This document shows positions 40,548 through 50,691 of a stretch of 64,000 nucleotides of DNA, one piece after another (position 1 is the first letter of the stretch; the number at the start of each line of letters is the position of its first letter). Both the position numbers and the translations under genes were made by a program. The DNA is taken from the NCBI GenBank assembly GCA_041738615.1, contig JBGSPL010000002.1:10654-74653 (forward strand). Reading direction: 5' to 3'. This DNA is from Patescibacteria group bacterium (GTDB lineage: Bacteria; Patescibacteriota; CPR2; UBA1875; CAIMLA01). A model generated the notes under the pieces. That model searched no databases. It saw only the letters and a program-made list of their open reading frames with translations, and was not told the DNA's origin.

Positions 40548-41246
40548 ATGAATAAGATATTCTTGATAGATAAGCCTACCGGCTGGACTAGCTTCGACGT
40601 GGTGGCCAAGATTCGGGGAGCAGCAAATGCGGCCGCGCAGTCTGCTGGTTTGCCCAAGACAAAGCACGGGGTGAGAGTGGGTCACGCTGGGACACTGGAT
40701 CCCTTTGCTTCCGGTCTTCTCATTGTCCTTGTTGGCAAAGAAAACACCGCGAAGCAAGATACTTTTATGAAGCAAGACAAAGAATATGAAGCTACCCTAA
40801 AGCTAGGATATACGAGTACGACAGGAGATCCTGAAGGTGTCATCGAAAAGGTCATTAGCGGTGCACCTCGTTTCTCAGCTAAAGATATAGAACGGGTTCT
40901 GAAGCAGCTCACAGGGCAAAACAGCCAAATTCCTCCTATATACAGCGCTATCAAAGTAGATGGTAAACGAGCTTACAAGCTTGCGAGGGCTGGTGAGACA
41001 CCAGTTATGAAACCGCGCACAGTCACTATTCACAACTTGAAAATTGAAAATTACGAATATCCAGAATTGAAAATTCTAGTGGAGTGCAGTAGTGGGACCT
41101 ACATCCGTACTCTAGCAGAAGACATTGGGAAATCGCTTGGAACGGGGGCATATCTGACGGCATTACGTCGCACCAAGATTGGCGGCTATCGTCTAGAGGA
41201 CGCAAGAAGGATCGAAGAAGCGGTCACACAGCTCGTTGCCACTTGA
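40548..41246 (+). CDS. truB: tRNA pseudouridine(55) synthase
   Basis: GHAGTLDPFASGLL catalytic Asp motif. Confidence 0.9.
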   Translation: MNKIFLIDKPTGWTSFDVVAKIRGAANAAAQSAGLPKTKHGVRVGHAGTLDPFASGLLIVLVGKENTAKQDTFMKQDKEYEATLKLGYTSTTGDPEGVIEKVISGAPRFSAKDIERVLKQLTGQNSQIPPIYSAIKVDGKRAYKLARAGETPVMKPRTVTIHNLKIENYEYPELKILVECSSGTYIRTLAEDIGKSLGTGAYLTALRRTKIGGYRLEDARRIEEAVTQLVAT

Positions 41247-41338
41247 AAATAATGCCCAAATACGCTATAATCTACATATAAATTAAGTAACACCCTCCCT
41301 GGTGCAGTGCACTTCGGGACGGGCAAGAAGGAGCCAAA

Positions 41339-41608
41339 ATGGCAATCCAAAAGGAAGAAAAAGAAAAGATCGTCAAGGAAATCGGTCGAAGCGAAAAGGA
41401 CACTGGTTCTCCAGAGGTTCAGGTAGCTATTTTTACTGAGAAAATCAAACAGCTCACAGATCACCTAAAGACTCACAAAAAAGACGAGCACAGCCGTCGC
41501 GGCCTGCTAAAGATGGTTGGTAAACGTCGCAGACTGCTCGATTACCTTTCAAAGAAAAACAAGGAAGCTTACGAACTAATTATCAAAAAGCTCGGCCTTC
41601 GTAAATAA
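41339..41608 (+). CDS. rpsO: 30S ribosomal protein S15
   Basis: 89 aa, [20 protein letters not shown]. Confidence 0.95.
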   Translation: MAIQKEEKEKIVKEIGRSEKDTGSPEVQVAIFTEKIKQLTDHLKTHKKDEHSRRGLLKMVGKRRRLLDYLSKKNKEAYELIIKKLGLRK

Positions 41609-41619
41609 TATACTGATAA

Positions 41620-41648
41620 GGGCCTCAGTCTAGGGGCCCTAGTTAGTA
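41620..41648 (+). terminator. Hairpin between rpsO and pnp (terminator / processing site)
   Basis: AGGGCC tcagtctag GGGCCCT. Confidence 0.5.
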
Positions 41649-41767
41649 CATTAAGTAAAAACGGATAGGAAACAGAGACAGGAAGACTACAAAGCCTTCT
41701 TACCCTGGCTCCTATCCACAACGACCCGCCTACGCCTAACGGCTACGGACGGGCAGGAAGGAGCAAT

Positions 41768-43876
41768 ATGAGCTCAAAGAACAAAGTTTCGACATTCGAA
41801 ACTGATTTTAACGGGACAAAGATGTCTTTTGAAGTAGGCAAGATGGGCCTGCTCGCCGATGGCGCCGTAGTAGTTCGCTACAACGACTCTGTCGTACTTG
41901 CCACCGTGGTGGTTGCGAAGAAAGCCAAGGTAGGACAGAGTTTCTTTCCTCTATCGGTAGAGTTCCAAGATAAATGGTACGCAACCGGTAAGATTAGCGG
42001 TTCCCGTTTTATTAAACGTGAGGGGCGTCCTTCAGAGCTAGCAATGCTACGTTCTCGTATGATTGACCGTCCTATCCGTCCAATGTTTCCAAAAGGATAC
42101 CTAAACGAAGTACAGATTATCGTCTCTCCTTTGTCGCTTGATCTTACGATTGATCCTGCAGTTCTTGGCCTAAATGCTGCTTCGGCAGCCCTGATGCTGA
42201 CAGGTGCTCCATTTGAGGGGCCGCTCGGTGCAGTACGTATTGGACAAGTAGATGGCAAGTTCATCATTAATCCTACTAAGGAAGAGGAGGAAGCGAGTGA
42301 GCTTGATCTTCTTGTTGCCGGTTCTGCGGAAGCAATTACGATGATCGAGGGCGGCGCACAACAGATCCCTGAAGATAGAATTGTAGAAGCCCTGGAGCTT
42401 GCACACAAAGCCATGCAACCTGCAATCCAGGTACAGAAAGAGATGCTGAAGGCGCTAGACGTGAGGGCAAAAGAATTTTCTTTGCAGCTTCCAGACGAAG
42501 ATGCTTACAAAGCAGTTTCTGATTACTTGTCTACAAAACTGGGTGAGGCTATCCGTCACAGTGACAAGATTGCTCGAAATCTGATTCTTTCGGACCTTGA
42601 GGACGAGGTTCAGGTAGAGTTCGACGAAAAATACGAAGACGCTGATATCACTGAATCATTCGAGAAGGTTATCAAATCCGAGGTACGTCGCTCGGTCCTT
42701 ATGGACGGAATTCGTCCAGACCACAGGGCGATGGACCAGGTTCGCGATCTTTCGGCCGAAGTTGGCATATTGCCACGGACCCACGGTAGTGGACTTTTCC
42801 AACGCGGACAAACACAAATCCTTTCTATTGTTACCCTGGCTTCACCTTCGAAGGCACAGCTAGTGGAGAGCATGGACCAGGAATTCAGCAAGCGATATAT
42901 GCATCACTACATCGATACGCCAGCTAGCTACGGCGACACAGGCCGTATTGGCGCAGGGCGCAGAGCCATCGGGCACGGCTTCTTGGCGGAGAAATCTCTA
43001 GAAGCAGTGCTTCCAGATGAGAAAGACTTCCCATACACTATCCGTGTAGCCTCGGAGATCCTAAGCTGTAATGGTTCCAGTTCCATGGGTTCAGTCTGCG
43101 GTTCATCCCTCGCTCTTATGGACGCAGGCGTTCCTCTAAAGGCCTCTGTCGCTGGTATCGCTATGGGTCTTATGACGACAGAAGGTGATCTATCGAAGAA
43201 GTACGAAATCCTGACAGACATTCAGGGTGCTGAGGACTTCGCCGGCGATATGGACTTCAAACTAGCAGGTACTCGTGCTGGTGTCACCGCAGTTCAAATG
43301 GACATTAAGGTAAAGGGTCTTACCATTGAATTTCTAAAGGAAGTAATCAGACGCGGTACAGTTGCAAAAGCTGAGATACTCGACGTGATGGATGCGGCAA
43401 TCAAGGTGCCAAGTGCCGAACTTTCCAAGTACGCACCACGTCTTACCTCTTTCCAGATTGCTCCAGAGAAAATTCGTGAAGTCATCGGTAAGGGTGGCGA
43501 GGTGATCAACAAGATTATCGCTGAAACTGGAGTAGAAATTGACATCGATGATGACGGAACTGTTGTAGTTGCCGCTGTTGATGGCGAAGCCGCTGACAAG
43601 GCCGTCGCCTGGATTCAGTCCATAGTTGCGGAGCCAGAAGTAGGTAAAATCTATGATGGTCGAGTAGTGAAACTGATGGACTTTGGCGCATTCGTCGAGT
43701 TTATGCCTGGCAAAGAAGGCTTGGTACACGTTTCACAGATCAGTAATGACCGCGTAGAGAAGGTCTCTGACGTTCTGAAGGAAGGTCAGGAAGTACGCGT
43801 AAAGCTTACAGAAATCGACTCCCAAGGACGTAAAAACCTGTCGATGAAGGCAGCACTACCAAAAGATAGCAAATAG
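41768..43876 (+). CDS. pnp: Polyribonucleotide nucleotidyltransferase (PNPase)
   Basis: Two RNase PH domains, a KH domain and an S1 domain; 702 aa. Confidence 0.95.
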   Translation: MSSKNKVSTFETDFNGTKMSFEVGKMGLLADGAVVVRYNDSVVLATVVVAKKAKVGQSFFPLSVEFQDKWYATGKISGSRFIKREGRPSELAMLRSRMIDRPIRPMFPKGYLNEVQIIVSPLSLDLTIDPAVLGLNAASAALMLTGAPFEGPLGAVRIGQVDGKFIINPTKEEEEASELDLLVAGSAEAITMIEGGAQQIPEDRIVEALELAHKAMQPAIQVQKEMLKALDVRAKEFSLQLPDEDAYKAVSDYLSTKLGEAIRHSDKIARNLILSDLEDEVQVEFDEKYEDADITESFEKVIKSEVRRSVLMDGIRPDHRAMDQVRDLSAEVGILPRTHGSGLFQRGQTQILSIVTLASPSKAQLVESMDQEFSKRYMHHYIDTPASYGDTGRIGAGRRAIGHGFLAEKSLEAVLPDEKDFPYTIRVASEILSCNGSSSMGSVCGSSLALMDAGVPLKASVAGIAMGLMTTEGDLSKKYEILTDIQGAEDFAGDMDFKLAGTRAGVTAVQMDIKVKGLTIEFLKEVIRRGTVAKAEILDVMDAAIKVPSAELSKYAPRLTSFQIAPEKIREVIGKGGEVINKIIAETGVEIDIDDDGTVVVAAVDGEAADKAVAWIQSIVAEPEVGKIYDGRVVKLMDFGAFVEFMPGKEGLVHVSQISNDRVEKVSDVLKEGQEVRVKLTEIDSQGRKNLSMKAALPKDSK

Positions 43877-43888
43877 TATCAAGGAAAA

Positions 43889-43915
43889 GAGGCCAAACGG
43901 CCTCTTTTTTGTTAG
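43889..43915 (+). terminator. Rho-independent terminator after pnp
   Basis: AAGAGGCC aaac GGCCTCTT followed by TTTTTT. Confidence 0.7.
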
Positions 43916-43941
43916 AATATATGCAAAATAAGGAGAATAAT

Positions 43942-44619
43942 ATGAGCGCTATTCAAGATGGTTCTAGCAGCCCAGAAGCAGCCGAGATGGGTACAGAGCG
44001 TAATGGTCAAGAGGGTGACAGGTTCAAACCGGAAGAGCTTGAAGAAATCGGAAAAATCGTAGACCAGCTATACGACGAGAATGATAATTTGCTTCCGGAG
44101 GGAACTCTGGCGGAAATGAAGCCCAACCCCCTTAATGAGCTCGTGAATAATCACTGTGACTATGACTGGGCATACAGAATCGGCGCAAAACGGGACGAAA
44201 TGCTTCGATATATCGACGAACAGAAGAAAGCCCCGGGAGTCACGGAAGCTAATCCGAGCAGTGAGGGCACTCCGGAAACTGAGCTTAAGAGGCATAATAT
44301 TCGCATTCCGCTTCAAAAGAATTACCCTGTTGAAGCAATAACCTCCGAGTCTAAGATCATGTTTGTGCGCGATGACGGGATAAAGAGTGGTCTCCGCATA
44401 GAATTGTATAGCCTAGAAACTGGTGCCAAAATCAAAGAAGTTCCCTTCGAAGAAGGCGTAAATTTGATAGAGGCCGCGGATATTCCGACCATTACTGTAG
44501 AAACGGGCAAGATATCACCAGGCGCTAAGTCGGTAGACGTGTCTATCTATCAAGAAAATGTAGACGTAAAAGCTTTGAACGAAAGGAAGACCAAGGCTGC
44601 TCTCTCCCTAGCCGCCTAG
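43942..44619 (+). CDS. Hypothetical acidic protein
   Basis: AAGGAG SD 7 nt upstream of the ATG; no recognisable domain. Confidence 0.35.
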   Translation: MSAIQDGSSSPEAAEMGTERNGQEGDRFKPEELEEIGKIVDQLYDENDNLLPEGTLAEMKPNPLNELVNNHCDYDWAYRIGAKRDEMLRYIDEQKKAPGVTEANPSSEGTPETELKRHNIRIPLQKNYPVEAITSESKIMFVRDDGIKSGLRIELYSLETGAKIKEVPFEEGVNLIEAADIPTITVETGKISPGAKSVDVSIYQENVDVKALNERKTKAALSLAA

Positions 44620-44652
44620 CAGCGCTGTAGCAAAACAGTGAATCCCGTGGCC

Positions 44653-45378
44653 TTATTTTTGTATCATTACTATGTTCGCAAAGCGCCCTGTTTTCTTCCC
44701 GTCGGCGCGGTAAGAGAAAAAGATATCGTTATTGCAGGAGGTACATATCCCGGATTCTTCGATATTCTCTGGTTTAACGCCAGACTCTAATAATTGCGCT
44801 TTGATTAAGCTTGGCAAATCCATATCATAGCAGCATGGGTAAATGCATGGGCCTATACTGACAACAAGATTCTCGGTACAAGTGCCATAGATATCGTGCA
44901 TCTCTTCTGTTGTTTTGATAACTATTTCTGATTCTGTTCCCTTCCGCCCTGCATGGGCAATGCCTATGGCATGGTTTACGGGGTCATAAAGAGAAACCGC
45001 TGCACAATCTGCAGTTTGAATCAGTAGGGGAACCTTTGGCACATTAGTTATCAGTGAATCAGTGTCTGTGAAGGCATCCTGTAGAGATCTAGAGCCCTTA
45101 CCAGCGCTTTTCTCCGTAACCGCCTCTACTTGAGCGCCGTGCACTTGCTCGCCACAGGTAAGGGTATCTGCGTCAATGGAGAGTGCCTTGCATAGTAATT
45201 TACGGTTTTCGAGTACTGCATTCTCGTTATCATCTACATGGAAGGCAATGTTTAAGCTGCTATAGCTTCCTTGGCTTATGCCGCCCAGCCGCGACGAAGC
45301 AATATTTAGCATCTCAGGGTATTCAGCAAAAGCATCAAAGGAATATGTGGATATATTGTCGTTTGTGGTCGGTTTCAT
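44653..45378 (-). CDS. pgeF: YfiH/PgeF family (DUF152, purine nucleoside phosphorylase / peptidoglycan editing factor)
   Basis: Conserved HG...C...H motifs (VHGAQVE, ADCAAVSL, GIAHAGRKG). Confidence 0.8.
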   Translation of the reverse strand: MKPTTNDNISTYSFDAFAEYPEMLNIASSRLGGISQGSYSSLNIAFHVDDNENAVLENRKLLCKALSIDADTLTCGEQVHGAQVEAVTEKSAGKGSRSLQDAFTDTDSLITNVPKVPLLIQTADCAAVSLYDPVNHAIGIAHAGRKGTESEIVIKTTEEMHDIYGTCTENLVVSIGPCIYPCCYDMDLPSLIKAQLLESGVKPENIEESGICTSCNNDIFFSYRADGKKTGRFANIVMIQK

Positions 45379-45392
45379 ACTATAATATTAGC

Positions 45393-45887
45393 ATGAAGAT
45401 GGCAGTGATGGCGGATATCCACGGTAATATGGCGTATCTTGAGCGTGCAAAGAAGATAATTGACGGAGAGAAACTCGAGATTGTGATAGTCTGCGGAGAC
45501 GTGCAGGACATAGAGGCGCTGCAGGAGCTAGATACATGGGAGCAAAAGGTGTATATCGCGCTAGGAAATGCGGACTACGAGATACGCCACAAGCTAGATG
45601 CAGGGCTGATTTGGACGGAAAGGGTAGAGATATTCCTGGACTATGGGGTGCTCAACATCGGGGGCACTAAGCTAGCTTTTTGTCATTATCCGAAGTTTGC
45701 TCGGAAACTGGCCGAGGGCGGTAGGTTTGACGTCGTGTTTTACGGTCACAACCACAAACCATGGGAAGAAAAGGTGGGCCGCACGGTGATGCTTAACCCG
45801 GGCGAGATTCAGGCCAGGGATGGCAAGCCAACATTCGCAATATATGACCTAGTTGCGATGAAGGCTGAGCTTAGGCTGCTAGTATAA
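45393..45887 (+). CDS. Metallophosphoesterase, YfcE/MJ0936 family
   Basis: MAVMADIHGN, GDVQD, GNAD, GHNHKP motifs. Confidence 0.7.
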   Translation: MKMAVMADIHGNMAYLERAKKIIDGEKLEIVIVCGDVQDIEALQELDTWEQKVYIALGNADYEIRHKLDAGLIWTERVEIFLDYGVLNIGGTKLAFCHYPKFARKLAEGGRFDVVFYGHNHKPWEEKVGRTVMLNPGEIQARDGKPTFAIYDLVAMKAELRLLV

Positions 45888-45985
45888 CCATTGACATTTA
45901 GCCGATTATTTGCTAGAATATACGCAACGTAGTAGAACTCTCTCAATAGCCATTAACCAACGAAAAGGATTTTTGCGTCCGACGC

Positions 45986-46585
45986 ATGCAGATTACTGAC
46001 GAACAGATTGATAGTGCTCAAAGTATAGCTGAGATCGCAGAGCTGGTTAGTAATTGCCAGAGATGTTCTTTATACGAGACGAAAACCATGGATGTGGTTG
46101 GCGTAGGATCAGATGCCGCTGAGATATTCTTTATAGGCGAAGCTCCTGGTAAGAAGGAGGATCTCGAAGGAGAGCCCTTTATCGGAGCGGCTGGTAAGTT
46201 TTTGAACGAGCTTCTATCTACCATAGGATTGGAGCGAAAAGACATATATATCGCAAACGTGCTGAAGCACCGCCCACCGAACAACCGTGATCCCAAACCT
46301 AGCGAGGCAGAGATATGCTGGCCATATCTGAGACGTCAAATAGAGCTCATCAACCCTACGTTGATTATCTTTCTTGGACGCCATGCAATGAACAGATTCT
46401 TTCCGGAGCTTAAAATTTCGGAGGCCCATGGGAATGAATTTACCAAGCAAATGTGGGGCAGAGACCAGACTTTCCTTGCGCTCTACCACCCAGCAGCAGC
46501 AATGTACAACGGCTCACTGCGAGAGACGCTAAAGGGCGACTTCGCGCGGATACCAGAAATAATCAAAACTATTAAAACCAACTAA
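45986..46585 (+). CDS. Uracil-DNA glycosylase, family 4/5
   Basis: GEAPG motif and the HPAAAM/HPS-like C-terminal motif. Confidence 0.75.
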   Translation: MQITDEQIDSAQSIAEIAELVSNCQRCSLYETKTMDVVGVGSDAAEIFFIGEAPGKKEDLEGEPFIGAAGKFLNELLSTIGLERKDIYIANVLKHRPPNNRDPKPSEAEICWPYLRRQIELINPTLIIFLGRHAMNRFFPELKISEAHGNEFTKQMWGRDQTFLALYHPAAAMYNGSLRETLKGDFARIPEIIKTIKTN

Positions 46586-46639
46586 ATTATGCCGTGCATA
46601 TTGTCACGGGATAGACGACCCGCCTACGCTTAATGTGCT

Positions 46640-48478
46640 ATGGACGGGCAGAAAGGTACTAGAAAACCAAATATGGAAAAAGTACAAAAGAAACCAGAAA
46701 AGAAGCAGCGTCGGCAGAACAAACCATTTAACGACAATGCATTAAAGAACAAAAATATTCGCACGAACAGTGACCCTGTTCAGCAGTCTTCGCATACAAA
46801 GGATCCGAAGAAGGGGCTCCTCAAGATTACTCCACTGGGTGGTCTTGGCGAAGTCGGCAAGAATCTCACCATATATGAATACGAGAACGACATCATCATC
46901 GTCGATATGGGATTCAAGTTCCCAGATAGCGAGATGCTTGGTATCGACTATATCATCCCAGATATCGCTTATCTCGAAGACAAGAAAGATAAGATTCGTG
47001 GAATCTTCATTACCCATGGCCACGAGGATCACATCGGCGCAATCCCATTCATTTGGCCGAAACTCGGCTGTCCGATCTATGGGACCAAGCTGACTATCGG
47101 CATGATCGAGGCTAAGCTCTCTGAGTACAGCTTTGACACCGGTGGAGTCCTGAAGGTGATTGATCCCGAGAAGGATGTCCTTCGCATGGGCGCCTTTGAG
47201 GTAGAGGCTTTCAGAGTAACGCATTCCATCCCAGACGCTGTCGGCTATGGAGTAAAGACGCCACTGGGACGAATTATATACACGGGTGACTTTAAGATAG
47301 ATCACTCACCGCTTGACGATAAATTTATCGATTGGGACAAGCTAGCTCGTTTCAGTAACGAAGGGGTACTGTTATTAATGTCTGACAGTACAAACGCCGA
47401 GCAGCCAGGATTCTCGATGAGTGAGAAGAAGCTCGAAAAGTGTTTCGAAGACATGTTCGATAATGCTAAGGGGCGCGTAATTGTGGCTTCTTTTGCTTCA
47501 CAGATTAATCGTATACAGATGGTGGTAGACTCTGCTCGTGACCATGGTCGCAAGCTTGCCTTTGCAGGGCGTTCGATGCTCAAAAACGTTGAAATTGCAG
47601 TAAGGCTCGGATATCTAAAGGTGCCTGCCGGCATGATTGTCAGAATCCAGGAAATTGACAAGTTTCCAGATCACATGGTCACGGTAATGGCTACCGGTTC
47701 CCAGGGACAGGCGATGTCGGCTCTTGGAAGAATGGCAAGTGGTTCACACAAGAACATTCGCATCAAACCAAGCGACACCGTGATTTTCTCTAGTTCTCCG
47801 ATACCAGGGAATGAGCGTGAAGTTGTAGCGGTGATGGACGATCTCTTTCGTCAGGGCGCAAATGTGCTCTTTGATGCAGAAAAAAGTCGCACTCACGTTA
47901 CTGGTCACCCTTGTCGTGAGGAGCTGAAGATGATGATCGCCATGATTCGGCCAAAGTACTTTGCGCCCTTCCACGGTGAAAGACACATGCTCGTACGCCA
48001 TGCTGAGATAGCCAAGGAGCTTGGTATCCAGGACCAGAATATCTTTATTCTAGACAACGGCGAACAAATCTTGATTGATGCAAACAGGGCTAGAAAGTCA
48101 GAGAACAAGGTCGCTAACGGAATTATCCTCATCGACGGCCTCGGTATCGGTGATGTCGGTGAAATCGTTCTTCGCGAACGAAAATCGATGTCGACAGAAG
48201 GCATCTTTGTTGTCATCTGCACGCTCGATCGTAAGACAGGTAAGATGATGACTAGCCCAGATATCATTTCTCGCGGGTTCATCTATATGCGTGAGAACGA
48301 GAAACTCGTCAGTAGTGCTAGGGCGGAAATTAAGAGAACCGTAGAAGTCCTGGGTAAAGAGGGCTCCGGCCAGAACTACCAAAACCTAAAAGTGCGTTTG
48401 CGTGATGGGATCAGTGAACTTTTGTACAATGAGACACAGCGTCGACCACTGGTATTGCCAGTAGTTATTGAAGTCTAA
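46640..48478 (+). CDS. rnj: Ribonuclease J (metallo-beta-lactamase / beta-CASP) with a Lys-rich N-terminal extension
   Basis: HGHEDHIG plus beta-CASP motifs. Start ambiguous between 46640 and 46673. Confidence 0.9.
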   Translation: MDGQKGTRKPNMEKVQKKPEKKQRRQNKPFNDNALKNKNIRTNSDPVQQSSHTKDPKKGLLKITPLGGLGEVGKNLTIYEYENDIIIVDMGFKFPDSEMLGIDYIIPDIAYLEDKKDKIRGIFITHGHEDHIGAIPFIWPKLGCPIYGTKLTIGMIEAKLSEYSFDTGGVLKVIDPEKDVLRMGAFEVEAFRVTHSIPDAVGYGVKTPLGRIIYTGDFKIDHSPLDDKFIDWDKLARFSNEGVLLLMSDSTNAEQPGFSMSEKKLEKCFEDMFDNAKGRVIVASFASQINRIQMVVDSARDHGRKLAFAGRSMLKNVEIAVRLGYLKVPAGMIVRIQEIDKFPDHMVTVMATGSQGQAMSALGRMASGSHKNIRIKPSDTVIFSSSPIPGNEREVVAVMDDLFRQGANVLFDAEKSRTHVTGHPCREELKMMIAMIRPKYFAPFHGERHMLVRHAEIAKELGIQDQNIFILDNGEQILIDANRARKSENKVANGIILIDGLGIGDVGEIVLRERKSMSTEGIFVVICTLDRKTGKMMTSPDIISRGFIYMRENEKLVSSARAEIKRTVEVLGKEGSGQNYQNLKVRLRDGISELLYNETQRRPLVLPVVIEV

Positions 48479-48480
48479 TG

Positions 48481-48508
48481 AAATGCCCACATTGTGGGCA
48501 TTTTTTAT
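48481..48508 (+). terminator. Rho-independent terminator after rnj
   Basis: AATGCCCAC att GTGGGCATT followed by TTTTTT. Confidence 0.7.
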
Positions 48509-48573
48509 TCCAGAACACTATGTTTATCGTAAGGGGCGTTTGTGCTATAATCAGGAAGAATAAGTAGGTGAAA

Positions 48574-50691
48574 ATGGCTCGACATCGCAAACCAGGTCGC
48601 CCGAAGGGCTCCAAGAACAAATCAGCAGCAGGTAGCGGGTCCCCAATCCTAACAGGAGTGGATCCGATAGTTCGAAATCAGATAATCGCGGTTCTTCTTT
48701 TCGTTTTAGCATTTGTCATTCTCGTTAGTTCCTTCGGTTTTGGAGGGCCTCTGGGGATTGTTATTAGTAAATACCTTCGGGTAGGGATCGGTTGGACTAT
48801 CTTTGTTCTACCACTGATACTTGCTGGGGTCGCCTACTCACTTTTCAACCCAGAGGACTATGAGATTACAACGGCTACAATAATCGGTTTGTTTCTGGCC
48901 ACTATTTCCTTTTCCGGGGTATTCCATATCTTTGTTAATGTTTCAAATGCGGGAGCGCTCGCTGCCGCGGGTAGCAATGGTGGTTACGTTGGTTTTTATC
49001 TTCAGAAGCTTTTGCTGATGGTTTTCAACGCGCCAGTCTCTTTCGTTTTACTAATTGCAACGTCCACCATCGGGATGCTTCTGGCAACGAATACTCCATT
49101 TACTGGTATCAGCAATGTCTTCAAAAAGAAGGACGAGGAAGAATCAGCGCCAAAAAACGACATAAAGATACACGAAACCGCGCCTGCTTCCAGGGCTCCA
49201 CTGGTTGATCCAAGAAAGGCCGCACTGAAAGATCATTCCGAACAGGCGGTAATGTCCACGGTAGATACCTCAGGTTGGAAACTGCCCCCGCTAAATCTGT
49301 TTGAAGAGATGACAACCCGGGCAGACAGTGGGAATGTGCGCGAGAATGCTGCCACGATTCAAAAAACCCTTTCCAATTTTGGCATAGAGGTCAGCATGAG
49401 CGACGTCAATGTCGGGCCTACGGTGACGCAATATACTCTGAAACCCAACGACGGGGTGAAATTAGAGAAGATTACTAGCCTCGACAAAAACCTGGCACTA
49501 TCGCTAGCGGCGCATCCTATCCGTATCGAGGCCCCGATACCAGGAAAGAGCCTTGTAGGCGTGGAAATGCCAAACAAGTCAGCGCAGATTGTACGCATGC
49601 GGAATATCCTCGCCTCTCAGACTTTCAAAGACCGTAAGTCCAAACTTTCTATCGTGCTCGGGCTCGATGTTGCCGGACACCCTCAGATTGCAGACATTAC
49701 CAAAATGCCTCATCTGTTAATCGCGGGGTCCACCGGGTCGGGTAAATCGGTTTGCATCAACGCGCTACTTCTGAGTCTTATTTACCAGAATACGCCACAA
49801 GACCTGAAGCTGATTCTAGTCGATCCGAAACGAGTAGAGCTGACGCTTTACAACGGGATCGCTCACTTACTCACTCCTGTGATTGTGGATCCAGATAAAA
49901 CTGTTTCAGCACTAAAATGGGCGGTAGCAGAGATGGAGAGACGTTACCATGTGCTTTCGCAAGCAGGAAAAAGGAATATTACTGAGTACAACCAGGCCAA
50001 AACCAAGGAGGCAATGCCCTTTATTGTCATCGTTATTGATGAGCTTGCCGACCTGATGGCAGTCTCTGCAAACGAGGTGGAGGGTCTTATCTGTCGCCTT
50101 GCGCAGATGGCGCGCGCTGTCGGGATGCACCTCGTCGTTGCCACGCAGAGGCCTTCGGTAGACGTTATAACGGGTCTTATCAAGGCCAACATTCCTACTC
50201 GTATTGCTTTCTCTGTGGCTTCAAACACAGACTCCAGAACCATTTTGGATCAAAGCGGTGCCGAGAAATTACTGGGGATGGGAGACATGCTCTTCCTTTC
50301 TGCCGAGCTTTCCAAGCCGCGTCGCATTCAGGGTGCCTATGTTTCAGAACAGGAGGTCAAGGAGGTCACTGAGTTCGTGAAAACGCAGGCAGAACCAGAT
50401 TACAACGAGGAAATATTGATGCAAAACGCCAAAGCTTCACACGGTGGGGACATGGCTGATATAGACGATGACCTCTTTTATGATGCGGCAGAGACTGTGA
50501 TCCGTGCCGGCAAGGCGTCCGCGTCCTTACTTCAGAGACGACTGCGCATCGGTTATGCACGAGCAGCTCGTCTGCTAGACATCCTGGAAGACAGAGGGGT
50601 TGTGGGCCCACAAGACGGAGCAAGACCTCGAGACGTGCTAGTAGATGATATGAACGATATTACTGGAGAGGGAGATGGGGGCGATTATTAA
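48574..50691 (+). CDS. ftsK: DNA translocase FtsK/SpoIIIE
   Basis: N-terminal TM helices; Walker A GSTGSGKSV; C-terminal gamma (winged-helix) domain. Confidence 0.9.
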   Translation: MARHRKPGRPKGSKNKSAAGSGSPILTGVDPIVRNQIIAVLLFVLAFVILVSSFGFGGPLGIVISKYLRVGIGWTIFVLPLILAGVAYSLFNPEDYEITTATIIGLFLATISFSGVFHIFVNVSNAGALAAAGSNGGYVGFYLQKLLLMVFNAPVSFVLLIATSTIGMLLATNTPFTGISNVFKKKDEEESAPKNDIKIHETAPASRAPLVDPRKAALKDHSEQAVMSTVDTSGWKLPPLNLFEEMTTRADSGNVRENAATIQKTLSNFGIEVSMSDVNVGPTVTQYTLKPNDGVKLEKITSLDKNLALSLAAHPIRIEAPIPGKSLVGVEMPNKSAQIVRMRNILASQTFKDRKSKLSIVLGLDVAGHPQIADITKMPHLLIAGSTGSGKSVCINALLLSLIYQNTPQDLKLILVDPKRVELTLYNGIAHLLTPVIVDPDKTVSALKWAVAEMERRYHVLSQAGKRNITEYNQAKTKEAMPFIVIVIDELADLMAVSANEVEGLICRLAQMARAVGMHLVVATQRPSVDVITGLIKANIPTRIAFSVASNTDSRTILDQSGAEKLLGMGDMLFLSAELSKPRRIQGAYVSEQEVKEVTEFVKTQAEPDYNEEILMQNAKASHGGDMADIDDDLFYDAAETVIRAGKASASLLQRRLRIGYARAARLLDILEDRGVVGPQDGARPRDVLVDDMNDITGEGDGGDY

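Noticed and set aside
46640-46672. ATG at 46640 as the rnj start
   Set aside because: Not fully rejected. This ATG lies inside the conserved leader motif without an SD, while the ATG at 46673 has only a distant weak SD. The start is left ambiguous.
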